Notes under the pieces: generated by a model | Databases searched by the model: none | What the model was told of the DNA's origin: nothing | What the model saw: the letters and a program-made list of their open reading frames with translations, nothing else | Part shown: one piece after another, positions 1 through 12,098 of the stretch | How positions within the stretch are numbered: position 1 is the stretch's first letter | Layout: every line of letters begins with the position of its first letter | Assembly: GCF_006345805.1 (NCBI RefSeq) | Contig: NC_043011.1 | Location: 39,878,464 to 39,942,463 of the forward strand | Source: Octopus sinensis | Taxonomy: Eukaryota | Direction of reading: 5' to 3' | Length of the DNA: 64,000 nucleotides | Translations under genes and position numbers: made by a program

Positions 1-855
1 AGTAATGGTAAAGGAACTCTGGTTGAGAAACACTGTTTCACAGCTTTACTAATAGGGAAGAAGATCTCAGATACTGAAACAACAGATACAGTGTTTGAAG
101 TGGAGACCAAATGGTCATGGCTGGAACGTCTGTGATCAATAGGTCTGCTTTGCCTGGGACCAAAAAGCATAACAACAACGTCACGGTGCACATTAAAATG
201 CAAAGCAACACCATTCATCTCATCTTAACAAAAACACACACTCAGTGACATGACACACTAAACCCTGCTGCACGACAGATGTTTCTTTTTTGTCTCTTTA
301 CCGCTTTGAATAAGAAAGCTGTACATACCACAGCCCAAGGTCACCTACTTCTTTCTCCTCCTACAACTACTGCTAGTACTGCTTTCATTATCCCTACTGC
401 ATCTCGTCTGCCTAACCCAGAAATGCTGCTCCTGTCTAAGGGGACCCCTTTCTCTGAGCAGATCATTCCTACCCCCATCTCCCAACTAGAATCAACCAAC
501 AGCAATTCATGACAAACAGGGCCTGTAAAGATCACAAGCACATGCTAAAACCACGTTTCTAATTCATTAATGGAAATAATATTCCTAAAAGCCTTACGAG
601 CAATGTTACTATTCAGCTTCATCTCATTACTGCAAGGGTTTTCTATTTATTTTGTTTTTGTCTTCTTTTTTTTTTTGGACATATATGATTTAATGATGCA
701 CTAATTACAGTTGTTAATTTGTCACTCATGTATCTTTCTTCAATGTTGAAGTTGTTGACAGGTCATTTCTATGATAGCTTTTTAACTGTTTTGAGGTTAG
801 AAAACTTGTCAGTTTCTTTTATGATCATGTGCTTATGAGGTATTTATACAAACAT

Positions 856-896
<41 letters not shown>

Positions 897-1039
897 CATA
901 CATACATAAATATATGTATATATATTTACGTATATATGTACGAAAGCGCTACTATAATGAAGAAATAAAAGGATTTTTTCCCAATGTTCTAACTTTTTTC
1001 TCTCAATATTCAATTCTGTACATCACACCTAACACTCTA

Positions 1040-1072
1040 TACACGTGTGTATGTGTGTGTATGTATATATAT

Positions 1073-1103
<31 letters not shown>

Positions 1104-1840
1104 GTACATGTATACATATATATACATGTATACATACAAATATATATACATGTATACATATATATACATGTATACATACATATATATATATACATGTATA
1201 CATATATATATATACACATGTATACATATATATATATACATGTATACATACATATATATATATACATGTATACATACATATATATATATACATGTATACA
1301 TACATATATATATATATATACATGTATACATACATATATACATGTATACATACATATATATACATGTATACATACATATATATACATGTATACATACATA
1401 TATATATACATGTATACATACATATATATACATGTATACATACATATATATACATGTATACATACATATATATACATGTATACATACATACATATATATA
1501 TACATGTATACATACATATATATATATACATGTATACATACATACATATATATACATGTATACATACATACATATATATACATGTATACATACATACATA
1601 TATATACATGTATACATACATACATATATATACATGTATACATACATACATATATATACATGTATACATACATACATATATATACATGTATACATACATA
1701 TATATACATGCATACATATGTATACATGCATACATATGTATACATGCATGCATATATATATATATACACACACACACACATATGCATACATACATGTGTA
1801 TATATCTATATGTGTGTGTATGTACACACACACACAGCAC
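1040..1840. repeat. Compound (TA)n/TATACATGTATACA micro-minisatellite
   Basis: About 800 bp of repeated TATATATACATGTATACATACA-type units; source of the Y/I/H/T/C/V/M pseudo-ORFs on both strands. Confidence 0.95.
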
Positions 1841-2324
1841 ACACATTTTGTGGTTGAATAACCTTCTCAGTAGGCCTATCATAAATATGAACAGACCATC
1901 TAGGACCCTTTAATTAAAATCAGAACATTAAGAGTACAAAAATAACAATAAAACCTCAGTTAACATTAAAACTCCTTATATCTCGGATATTACCTAACTG
2001 CCTAATAAAACAATGCAATAAGGAATATAGGAGTTGGTTCACACCAGTAACATAATAGTACAGGTGGGCAAGTTACCTAACAAGAAAATCTGCTTTTTTT
2101 TTTTGAAAAGATTAACTAAGGTTCTAATTAATATCTGGACCCCCAATTTACATTCTTTGCAATCTGAGTGGGAAAATGACTTAATTAGTTATTATATGGC
2201 ATACTGCTCTGAAATTTAAGAATCAATTGACACCAGAGATAGACTTTTATTTTTTGCCGCTTTGAACAAAAATTCTGAAATTAATTGTTCTTCATTAACT
2301 GTCTGTCTGTCTAATTATATATAT

Positions 2325-2496
2325 AGGCGTAAGAGTGGCTGTGTGGTAAGTAGCTTGCTTACAAACCACATGGTTCTGGGTTCAGTCCCACTACGTGGCA
2401 CCTTGGGCAAGTGTCTTCTGCTATAGCCTCGGGCCAATCAAAGCCTTGTGAGTGGATTTGGTTGATGGAAACTGAAAGAAGCCCGTCGTATGTATG

Positions 2497-2562
<66 letters not shown>

Positions 2563-2763
2563 GTGTGTGTCTGTCCCCCAACATCGCTTGACAACTGATG
2601 CTGGTGTGTTTACGTCCCCTTAACTGAGCGGTTCAGCAAAAGAGACTTGATAGAATAAGTACTAGGCTTACAAACAATAAGTCCTGGGGGTGATTTGCTC
2701 AACTAAAGGCGGTGCTCCAGCATGGCCACAGTCAAATGACTTAAACAATAAAAGAGTAAAGAA
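2325..2763 (+). mobile_element. tRNA-derived CORE-type SINE (family 2), full length
   Basis: A-box-like TGGCTGTGTGG, B-box-like GGGTTCAGTCCC, CORE-like CCTTGGGCAAGTGTCTT, internal (TA)/(TG) tract, 3' AAAAGAGTAAA; more than 10 related copies in the window. Resembles octopus OR-type SINEs (from memory). Confidence 0.85.
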
Positions 2764-2769
2764 TGTATA

Positions 2770-2816
<47 letters not shown>

Positions 2817-3899
2817 GTCTCCCTGTCAGTTTGTCTGCATGTCTATTCGTCAACCTATATGTTTATCTTCCTATTTTTTTATGCATCTATCTGTCTGCCT
2901 AGCTCTCTGCTTGTGTCTATCTATCCATCAATTTATCCACCTCCATTTCTCTATCTTTGTATGTCTATCATATGTTTCTCTATCCTCCTTTCTCTCTCTC
3001 ACACAATCAATACTTGAAATATTTAACCCACTTTCTTTCAAAATATTTGTTACTAAAGAAATAAATATAGCTTTAACACCCGTCACACCATTATCACATC
3101 ATCGGCCTAACCAACAAAGCATGAAACTCTACACAGTTGCTTGGCCAGTTAGAAATAGCATCCCAAAACTCTCACACAGCCACTTGGCTGGTTAGAAATA
3201 GCAACCAAAACTCACACAAGCCACACCATCTTTAAAAAGGGAGATATTAGTTCACACATGTATCCTTATTTATAATTGATTTATTCATCAGAGATCTGGG
3301 ATAGCATGGAGTGTTAACTGTGAACTGTTACACTTATTACAAATGGATCTATAACATGAATCAGTGATCTATCAGAATACATTAGATACTATGCCTATCC
3401 TAATTTGTCTCTAATTAATTCATCACTAATCCAGAGACTAATCGTGAACTGTTTTCAAAGGCTGTCTTAAGGCATGGGCCTAATGGGCAGTTGTCCAGAG
3501 ATCTTCGTGGGTTCACTACTCCTGTTACTACTACTATTACTACTACAAGTATTTCTTCTAGTTATCTAACTTCAACTGGTGGCACTGCGGGGTTCTAGAA
3601 CTCTGTAGTGTTTTCAAATCACCAGTTCTATCAACTCACACCATGACATGTAGTTTAAGCAAATGAAGATCAATTCGCTCAACCTCATATCCACCATGCT
3701 GCTCCCCATGACTTTTCCACGATCCAGGCTTAAGTTTTTATTTGGTCATTGAGATTAACTCCTCCACACTATTGGGTGACCGTTGATTCTCACAAGTTCC
3801 TTCGCTCTTTGACAGGTTTTGTGTTTCAACCTACAGGTGTCCTAATCACTCTCCTCACCAAGCAAGCTTAGTGGAGTTGCCGGTTTAGTTGCCAACAAC

Positions 3900-4200
3900 C
3901 TGATGATGCGACAGGCTGTATTGGGTAACATGTTACCAACAGCACTTGAAAGTGACCTGACATAGGGCCAAGGGGTACGATTCTGATCTATGTATATTGT
4001 GGCTTGCAGTCAATACATTAGGGCTTAGTGCTTTGATTTGCCTGGGAATGAGGTGGTGGCTGGCTAGAAAGCTGCTAAGATGGTCCTGCTGTGTAATGCT
4101 TATCACAAATTGATCTATGATATCATGGATCTGCAATTGGTCAAAGGTTCTGCTAGGACCACAAAAGCATACCCCAACCAACCATCCTCAAAGTTCAGAA
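3900..4200 (-). mobile_element. Possible highly decayed LINE reverse-transcriptase fragment
   Basis: Frameshifted translation PLTNCRSMIS...QQDHLSSFLASHHLIPRQ loosely recalls the NYRPISL...HL..FL...LI...QHGF region of CR1/L2 RTs; weak. Confidence 0.3.
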
Positions 4201-5039
4201 CCTTGAGTCTTGGGACGAAACCTATTTTTCTCATAGGTTCTATTAGTCATCTATCACTGATTAATTAAACATGGTGTTGGAGGGGACAGCAGTGGTGGGG
4301 ACCAAATGCATGCAATAAAGAAAGATAGCTGTATACTAATATAGTCCAAGGAGGCTGAACAAAAATAAATAAATAAATAAAACCTCGAAATAAGTGACAT
4401 CAAATCTTGTTCCATAGTTTTGTTTTTTTTTTGTCAGTAAAATCATAGGAAGCAACATAGATAATCACTTCCTTAAAATTGTCTTCAATTATTCAATATT
4501 CTCCCTGCAACCTTCCTTCCATGGCATCTACAGCTGTTCAATACTGGATTAGCAGCAATTCAATATACATTGTTCTTTTCGTTTCTCTTTCCTTTTTAAC
4601 CAATACTATTTACTATGCCCTCAAAATCTGTTGCATTTTAATTCTGTACAACAAAACATATTCCGCAGCTGGTACAGTATCTCCTTTTATTTTTCATTGT
4701 TTGCTTGTTTCAGTTATCGAACTGAACTGCAGCCATGCTGGCCTACCACTTGGAAGAGTTTTAATCATATAAATCAAACCAAGTACTTGCGGGTTTGTCT
4801 GTTTTGTTATTTTGTTTGTTTTTTTTTTCTTGTTTTTTTTTGTATTTTTTGTAAGTCTGGTACTTATTCTATCAGTCACTTTTACTGAACTGCAAGATTA
4901 TGGGGAACATAAACAAACCAACAGTTGACAAATGCAGACACAAAGAGAGAGAGACACACATACATAAATACATATATACATACATATATATGCCAGCATG
5001 GACAACAGATGTTAAATGATGATGATGTTGATATATATA

Positions 5040-5395
5040 TATATATATTGTATAAAATCCATTCTGTCTGTCTGTGTGTATGTCTTCTAGGATCTCAGGC
5101 ATCCTCCATCCGATTGCGCTCAAATTTGATATGTAGATACCGACGGTATCAGGACATGCATAAGTCTTGAAAAAATTACAAAAATTAATTCCAGGTGAGA
5201 ATGCGATTGATAAATCCATGGGAACATGCATTTGTACACACAAGTATATCAGTCGAAATTCGTCTTTTGCTGGTGTCTCAAATTTAGGTTAAATCAGTGT
5301 TTCTCAAAGGGAAGGCCTATGGGACGGTCAGACAAGTTGTTTTGAGAAAATTTGATTTAAATGTTTGACAACTCATTGGACGGGGGGGCATTTTG

Positions 5396-5400
<5 letters not shown>
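5040..5400 (+). mobile_element. Helitron-like non-autonomous fragment (5' part)
   Basis: (TA)n-TATAAAATCCATTCTGTCTGTCTGTGTG start resembles the 5' ends at 45058 and 51548; no 3' CTAG seen. Confidence 0.4.
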
Positions 5401-5437
<37 letters not shown>

Positions 5438-6110
5438 ATGGGCTTCTACATAGTTTCAACCTCTAGGTTCGCTCACAAGGCTGTTTCTGTAGCCCAACAG
5501 CCTTAACTATGGAACAGATTCAAAGACAGTATTGGAATTCTTAACCTAATTAAAAAAATTTTCATAAAAATCTTTAAACGTATGTATCCTAATAAAAAAT
5601 TTATGAAAAAGATATCCACAGGTCCTGCTAGATATCATCTCACCTTTCATTCTTTTGAGTTCAATTAAATAAGTACCAGTTACACACTGGGGTCAAAGTA
5701 ATCAAACCCTTTCCCCAAATTTGAGGCCTTGTGCTTCTAGTAGAAAGAACTATTACTACTACTACTAAAGCAGTGAGCAGACAGAATTGTTAGCGTGCTG
5801 AACAAAATGCTTAGCATTATTACACCTACCGGTACATTCTGAGTTCAAATTCCGCCAAGGTCAACTTTATCTTTCATCCTTTAGGGATCAATAAAATAAG
5901 TACCAGTTGAACACTGGTGTCAATGTAATTGACTTATCCCTCCCTCAAAGTTGCTGCCCTTATGGAAAAATTTGAAATAATTATAATTATTATTACTATT
6001 ATTAGCATGCTGGGTGAAATGTTTCACAGTATTTCATCTGCCTTAATGGTCTTTGTATATTTTGTCATGTAAATCAAGTTGAAGAAACATACTTATGTAT
6101 ATGCACTTCC

Positions 6111-6147
<37 letters not shown>

Positions 6148-6193
6148 GTTGAAATTTATAGAAAAACAAAGACGAAGACAGGTGTATGAACAA

Positions 6194-6423
6194 GGCAGCG
6201 AGCTGGTAGAAACGTTAGCATGCCAGGCGACATGCGTAGTCGCATTTCGTCTGCCGCTACGTTCTGAGTTCAAATTCCGCCGAAGTCGACTTTGCCTTTC
6301 ATCCTTTCGGGGTCGATAAATTAAGTACCAGTTACGCACTGGGGTCGATGTAATCAACTTAATCCATTTGTCTGTCCTTGTTTGTCCCCCCAGTGTTTAG
6401 CCCCTTGTGGGTAGTAAAGAAAT
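6194..6423 (+). mobile_element. tRNA-derived SINE (family 1), young full copy with 14-bp TSD
   Basis: GGCAGCGAGCTGG head, B-box GAGTTCAAATTCC, central CTTTGCCTTTCATCCTTTCGGGGTCGATAAATTAAGTACCAG (Meta-domain-like, from memory); flanked by AGGTGTATGAACAA at 6180-6193 and 6424-6437. Confidence 0.9.
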
Positions 6424-6523
6424 AGGTGTATGAACAACAAGCAGGTGTATTAGTTTGATGCTTAGGAAAATGAAAAAGTCTTTTACATTTCAAACCTAAG
6501 CTCTTCAACAGAAAGGTATATAT

Positions 6524-7560
6524 ATCATCATCATCATCATCATTTAACGTCCGCTTTCCATGCTAGCATGGGTTGGACGGTTCAACTGGGGTCTGGGGAG
6601 CCCGAAAGCTGCACCAGTCCAGTCAGATCTGGCAGTGTTTCTACAGCTGAATGCCCTTCCTAACGCCAACCACTCCGAGAGTGTAGTGGATGATTTTATG
6701 TGCCACCGACACAGGTGCCAGACGAGGCTGGCAGACGGCCACGCTCGGATGGTGTTTTTATGTGCCACCGACACAGGTGCCAGATGAGGCTGGCAAAACG
6801 GCCACGATCGGATGGTGCTTGTTACGTGTCCACAGCATGGAGGCCAGTCGATGTGGTACTGGCTACGGCCACGTTCGGATGGTTTTCTTGTGTGCCACGT
6901 GCCACCGGCACTGGTACCACAAGGATACAAATTCCATTGATGTTCATCTATTTTGATTTGTTTTGATTTTCACTTGCCTCAACAGGTCTTCACAAGTGTC
7001 ACAAGAAGGAAGGTATGCACAGGTGGACTGACTACGTCCCAGGTAGGGGCCATGGGTTATGGCCTGACTAGTCTTGCCGGGTCTTCGGATGGTGTTTTTA
7101 TGTGCCACCGACACAGGTGCTAGATGAGGCTGGCGAACGGCCACGATCGGATGGTGTTTGTCATGTGCCCACCGCACTGACTACAGCACTGATGGATTTC
7201 TTGTGTGCCACAGGCACTGGTACCACAAGATACAAATTCCATTGATGTTCATCTATTTTGTCTATTTTGATTTGATTTGATTTGATTTTCACTTGCCTCA
7301 ACGGTCTTCACAAGTGTCACAAGAAGGAAGGTATGCACAGGTGGACTGACTAGTCTTGCCGGGTCTTCGGAAGGTGTTTTTATGTGCCACCGACACAGGT
7401 GCCAGATGAGGCTGGCGAACGGCCATGATCGGATGGTGTTTGTTACGTGCCCACAGCACGGAGGCCGGTCGATGCGGAACTGGCTACGGCCACGTTCGGA
7501 TGGTTCTCTTGTGTGCCACCGGCACTGGTACCACAAAGATACAGATTCCATTGATGTTCA
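6524..7560 (-). mobile_element. (ATG)n-tailed retroelement 3' region (probable RTE LINE 3' UTR) with internal tandem amplification
   Basis: (CAT)n tail at 6524-6543; on the minus strand GGAAGGGCATTCAGCTGTAGAAAC (a variant of the GGAAGGGCATCCAGCTGTA motif); ~55-60 bp monomers and three ~305-bp higher-order units. Confidence 0.8.
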
Positions 7561-7612
7561 TATATATATATATATATATATATATAGTTGTATAAATTAA
7601 AACCTTATTTAG

Positions 7613-7820
7613 CCCTTTAGCATTCAGATTACTTTGTCAATGTATTCACATGGTTTTGAATTAATCATATATTATCTCATAACTGTGAGATTTGAATGAC
7701 ATGATCATTTATTTTTAGAATGACATGGTAGGATAGGTGTGAAAGGCTAGATCTAGCCAGTTTGAGTATAAAACAGGTAGAATATTTGAGCTGGATATGG
7801 CCAGTTTAAATGCTAAAGGG
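7613..7820. mobile_element. piggyBac-type MITE
   Basis: TIR CCCTTTAGCATT...AATGCTAAAGGG, flanked by TTAG/CTAA (degenerate TTAA); related copy at 61785-62006 and a left end at about 45725. Confidence 0.75.
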
Positions 7821-8744
7821 CTAAGGCAGATAAATTTAATGTGACTAATGACAATGAACTATTTGTCCCCTAAAATGTCAATGAACTATTCATCCTCTAA
7901 AAGCAATATTCCCTACTTGAATCCTCCGAATTTCCCCTTGGAATCCTGAAATGTCACCTCTGAGGTTAAACTTCTCCCCGACTATATCTTCCATCTTTCT
8001 TATGTAATTCTCTCTGCACCATGGCTGAAAAGAAGCATATCGTCACTACTCACTCTCAACTACCACGATAAGACAATGGATGCTGTATTCAGCTTAAACC
8101 GATTCATATGTTTAACTGGCCAACCAATCATGGCACATATGTTACACATAAAACAGCAACAACAGCTATAAAAACTGTAAATCAATTTGATATGATTTAT
8201 ATAAACATACATCTCATTACATTTAATTACACTGCTGTTGTTACATTTGTGCTCAAATTATGTGCTATCTATTACTCTCATTAAGTTCCGATAAGGTTTT
8301 ATCCAGACGCGACTCTTTCTAAAACACTTTACACTCTTCTTCAGTCCCTTGTCACAGTCAGGTCTGTCAGATGACCATCACCTTGCTGACTGTACATATG
8401 ATCTTGACCTTTTGGCAATTTGTATGCTACTGTCAGACCAAGCTCACACAGGTACCCGATGGCCTCTTGAAGTTTAGAAATAAGGACAATTAGAAATGAT
8501 TCTTTTGACACATTGATTTGCTGGTAACATCTGTAACAATTGACAGGAGTCACTCATTTGTATCAGATTCAATAACACTCTAAATGGTGTCTAAGTTTCT
8601 CTTCTGTTAATCATTGCCTACCAAAAAGTGCAGGGTAAGAAACTGATTCGGACATGCCTTATACATGCCTAGCACTTACTTCTATAAGTGTAAGGTAGTT
8701 GAAAAATAAAGCTAATGATTCTACCAATACACAACTGCCCACTA

Positions 8745-9078
8745 ATAATAAAGACCTCACTGCAGTTATGAATGACCATGGGATTGCACCTAGAAAGTTA
8801 CCCTCAGAGGCACAAGTCCAGGCAAGTTTGTTTATGGAAGACCAGCAGTCACCCATGCATACCAGCCTCTCCTCTCCATGCCACTGATGTTAGCCAAAGG
8901 CCAATACAACTTGGCACCAGTGGCATCACAACTCATTTCTACAAATGAGTGAACTGGAGTAACATGAAACAAAAAGTGTCTTGCTCAAGAACACATCACA
9001 CAGCCTTGTCTGAGAACTGAACTCACTATCTCATGATTGTGAGCCCAATGCTCTAACCACTGAGCCATGTGCCTCTAC
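8745..9078 (-). mobile_element. tRNA-derived SINE (family 3 variant)
   Basis: Minus strand CATGGCTCAGTGGTTAGAGC...GAGTTCAG...GTGTTCTTGAGCAAGACACTTT head. Confidence 0.7.
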
Positions 9079-9099
9079 GACTAATAATAATGACACAAC

Positions 9100-9980
9100 T
9101 AATAATTAACAATGGTTTCAAATTTTGCTACAAGAGCAGCAATTTGGGGGGAGGAGATGAGTTGATCACATTGACCCCAGTGTCTAGCTGGTACTTACTT
9201 TATCGACCATGAAAGGATGAACGACAAAGTCAACCGCAACGGAATTTGAACTAATAATAATAATAATGTTTCAAATTTAGGCACAAGGCCAGAAGTTTTT
9301 GTAGAAGGTGGGGTTAGTTGATTACATCGAGCTCAGTACTTTACATGTACTTTATTTTATTGAACCTAAAGCAGGATTTGAACTCAGTATGCGAAGCATT
9401 GGAAGAAGTGCTAAGCATTTTGTCCAGTACACCCCATGATTATGCCAGCTCACCACCTTTATAATGACGGTTTCAAATTCTGACACAAGGCCAGCAATTT
9501 TGGGGAATGGGGGTAAGTCGATTACATCAACCCTAATGCACAACTGGTACCTATTTTATCAACCCTGAAAGGATGAAAGGCAAAGTCAGCTTCAGCAGAA
9601 TTTGCACTCATAAATAATAATGCGATGGCATGTGGCTTAATGGTTAGGGCATTTGGCTTGTGATCATAGGGTTGCGAGTTCGATTCCCAGCAGCGTGTTG
9701 TGTCCTTGAGCAAGGCACTTTATTTCATGGTACTCCAGTACACTCAGCCGGCAAAAATAAGTAGTACCTGTATTTCAAAGGAGCCAGCTTTGTCATACTG
9801 TGTGTCATGCTGAATCTCCCTGAGAAATATGTGAAGGGGAGTGCATGTCTGTGGAGTGCTCAGCCACTTACATGTTAATTTCACAAGCAAGCTGTTCGGT
9901 CAATCGGATCAACTGGAACCTTCATAGTCATAAGCGACAGAGTGCCAGTTAATAATAATAATAATAAAGATAATAATAAT

Positions 9981-10013
<33 letters not shown>

Positions 10014-10190
10014 CCTTTCTACTGGAAGCACAAGGCCTCAAATTTGTGGGAAGGGATTAAGTCAATTACATCAACGTAACTGGTACTTATTTAATCGACC
10101 CCAAAGGATGAAAAGGCAAAGTTGACCCTGGCGGAATTTGAACTCAAAACATAGCGGCTGATGAAATAACACTAAGCATTTCACCCAACA

Positions 10191-10235
<45 letters not shown>

Positions 10236-10460
10236 TAATAATAATAATAATAATTCTTTCTACAACAAATACAAGGCCTAAAACTTTGGAGGTAGGGGAT
10301 AGTTGATTTCATTGATCCCAGTACATCACTGGTACTTATTTTATCAACCCTGAAAAGAATGAAAGGCAAAGTCAACCTTGACAGAATTTAAACTGTGCAC
10401 ATAAAACAGGAAGAAAATGCAGCCCAGTATTTTGTCCAGATGGTGGGGGGGGGTCACTGA
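9100..10460 (-). mobile_element. Head-to-tail train of about five decayed family-1 SINEs separated by (AAT)n tails, with a family-3 SINE (+) at about 9625-9950
   Basis: Repeated GGTACTTA..TTATCGACC...AAAGGATGAAAGGCAAAGT...GGAATTTGAACTC blocks, each next to an (AAT)n run. Confidence 0.8.
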
Positions 10461-10744
10461 TTCTGCCAGCTCACTGCCTTATTAGTATACTACTAAAAAT
10501 AATAATAATGGTTTCTAACATAGGTTGACCGTTACAAATTGGTGGTGGGTCAGTCTTGGTTGATCAAATCAACTCCAGTACTTGACTAGGAAGGATGATG
10601 AAAGACAAAGTTGACCTCAGCGAGATTTGAACTCAGAATATCAAGAACTGGATGAATAAATACCACATGGTATTTTGATATTTTGATGATTCAGTAGAGT
10701 CATAATATAATTGACCTGATACTACTGATAGTTATTTTACTGAG

Positions 10745-10890
10745 CCTGGATAGATATTTCATTGAGACTGGATAGATATTTTATTGACTGATAGATATTT
10801 CATTGACTGATAGGTATTTTATTGTGACTGGATAGATATTACATTGACAGATAGATATTTCATTGACTGATATATATCTTATTGACTCTG
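10745..10890. repeat. Minisatellite, ~18-22 bp unit (G)GATAGATATTTCATTGACT
   Basis: About 7-8 degenerate tandem copies directly visible. Confidence 0.85.
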
Positions 10891-11230
10891 AGGAAGGGAA
10901 ATGAAATTTGAACACAGCACGTAAAGAGATGGCAATAAAAACAGCAATTTTTGCAGAGTTATAACTTTTGATATAATCAAATGCAATGAGCTTGCAAAGT
11001 TGTTAGCACAGTGCATAAAATGTTTAGCAGCATTTCATCCAGTGCTTTACATTCTAAGTTCCAATACTGCTGAGGTCAGCTTTGCTTTTTGTCCCTTCAG
11101 GGTCAATAAAATAAAGTACCAGTCAAATACTGGGGGTCAATATAACCAATTTATTCCTTCCAATCACAATTACCAGCCTTGAACCGTGCAATGGACCAGT
11201 GTCCAGTTCAAGGGTATATATTGTGATCTT

Positions 11231-11464
11231 CAAAGTGGCGAGCTGGCAGAAACGTTAGCACACCGGGCGAAATGCGTAGCCGTATTTCGTCTGCTGTCAC
11301 GTTCTGAGTTCAAATTCCGCCGTGGTCGACTTTGCCTTTCATCCTTTCGGGGTCGATTAAATAAGTACCAGTTACGCACTGGGGTCGATATAATCGACTT
11401 AACCCGTTTGTCTGTCCTTGTTTGTTTCCTCTGTGTTTAGCCCCTTGTGGGTAGTAAAGAAATA
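11231..11464 (+). mobile_element. Family-1 SINE, young full copy with 18-bp TSD
   Basis: Near-identical to 6194-6423; perfect GGTATATATTGTGATCTT at 11213-11230 and 11465-11482. Confidence 0.9.
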
Positions 11465-11916
11465 GGTATATATTGTGATCTTGGCCACTTATGCACCATG
11501 GAAACCAGGTAACTGGCCCTGTGAGTCCTAGAACTCAAGAAAAATAAAAATGAAATTACTATCAGTCCTGCTGTATGTTAACGCTTATTTTATTGACCCC
11601 CCACCCTCTACCCATCCAACTAGGAATGACCTAAAAGGTCATCAGTGCAATCTCTTCTACTTTGTTTGCTAAATAACAAATAAGATGGAGATTACAACAG
11701 AAAATAATGGCAGGATGAAAGACCACCGTAATGCGAAGAACACAAATATTCGGAGCATGAGATAAAAGGTTAAAGAACAATAAAGTATTTATTCTGGAAG
11801 AATTCTATTGTTTCTGCAAACTCATGACATATTGGCAAGAATAAGTATAATTATAAATTATTTTGACCTGTGAAAATTCCACATTTTCATAAATGGTCGT
11901 ATTTCTATTGTGAAGG

Positions 11917-12098
11917 CACTTGTGTAGCTGGGAGATGGTGGAGAGGGACTTAAGAGGAAGTCCATCCTAGGCGGCACTTTTAAAGGAGCACCACTTTTAG
12001 GTCTACTGGAGGCAATATGTTTCATGTGGGGTCGGGGTGGGGTGGGGGGCAAAGGAAGGGCTATCCCAGGTGGCATACACACTCTAGCTACGCTAGTG
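11917..12098. mobile_element. hAT-type MITE
   Basis: Imperfect ~17-bp TIR (CACTTGTGTAGCTGGGA / TCTAGCTACGCTAGTG) and perfect 8-bp TSD TGTGAAGG at 11909-11916 and 12099-12106. Confidence 0.8.

Noticed and set aside
329-524. Minus-strand AG...GT-bounded segment as a possible SLC9 exon 2
   Set aside because: Stops in all three frames before the donor and no NHE similarity
1003-1913. Six overlapping 189-288 aa ORFs
   Set aside because: Stop-free translations of a TA/CA/TG microsatellite; the same applies to ORFs at 24.1-25.7, 49.3-50.4, 52.0-52.5 and 61.3-62.7 kb
6690-7560. CRISPR-like repeat-spacer array or hammerhead ribozyme (CAGATGAG...GAAC)
   Set aside because: Eukaryotic context, no cas genes, and inter-repeat sequences are themselves repeated; the motif deviates from the invariant CUGAUGA/GAAA core and lies on the strand opposite the tail-defined transcript
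8205-8553. Minus-strand ORF and GTATGT donor as a candidate exon
   Set aside because: No NHE motif; all frames closed before the donor
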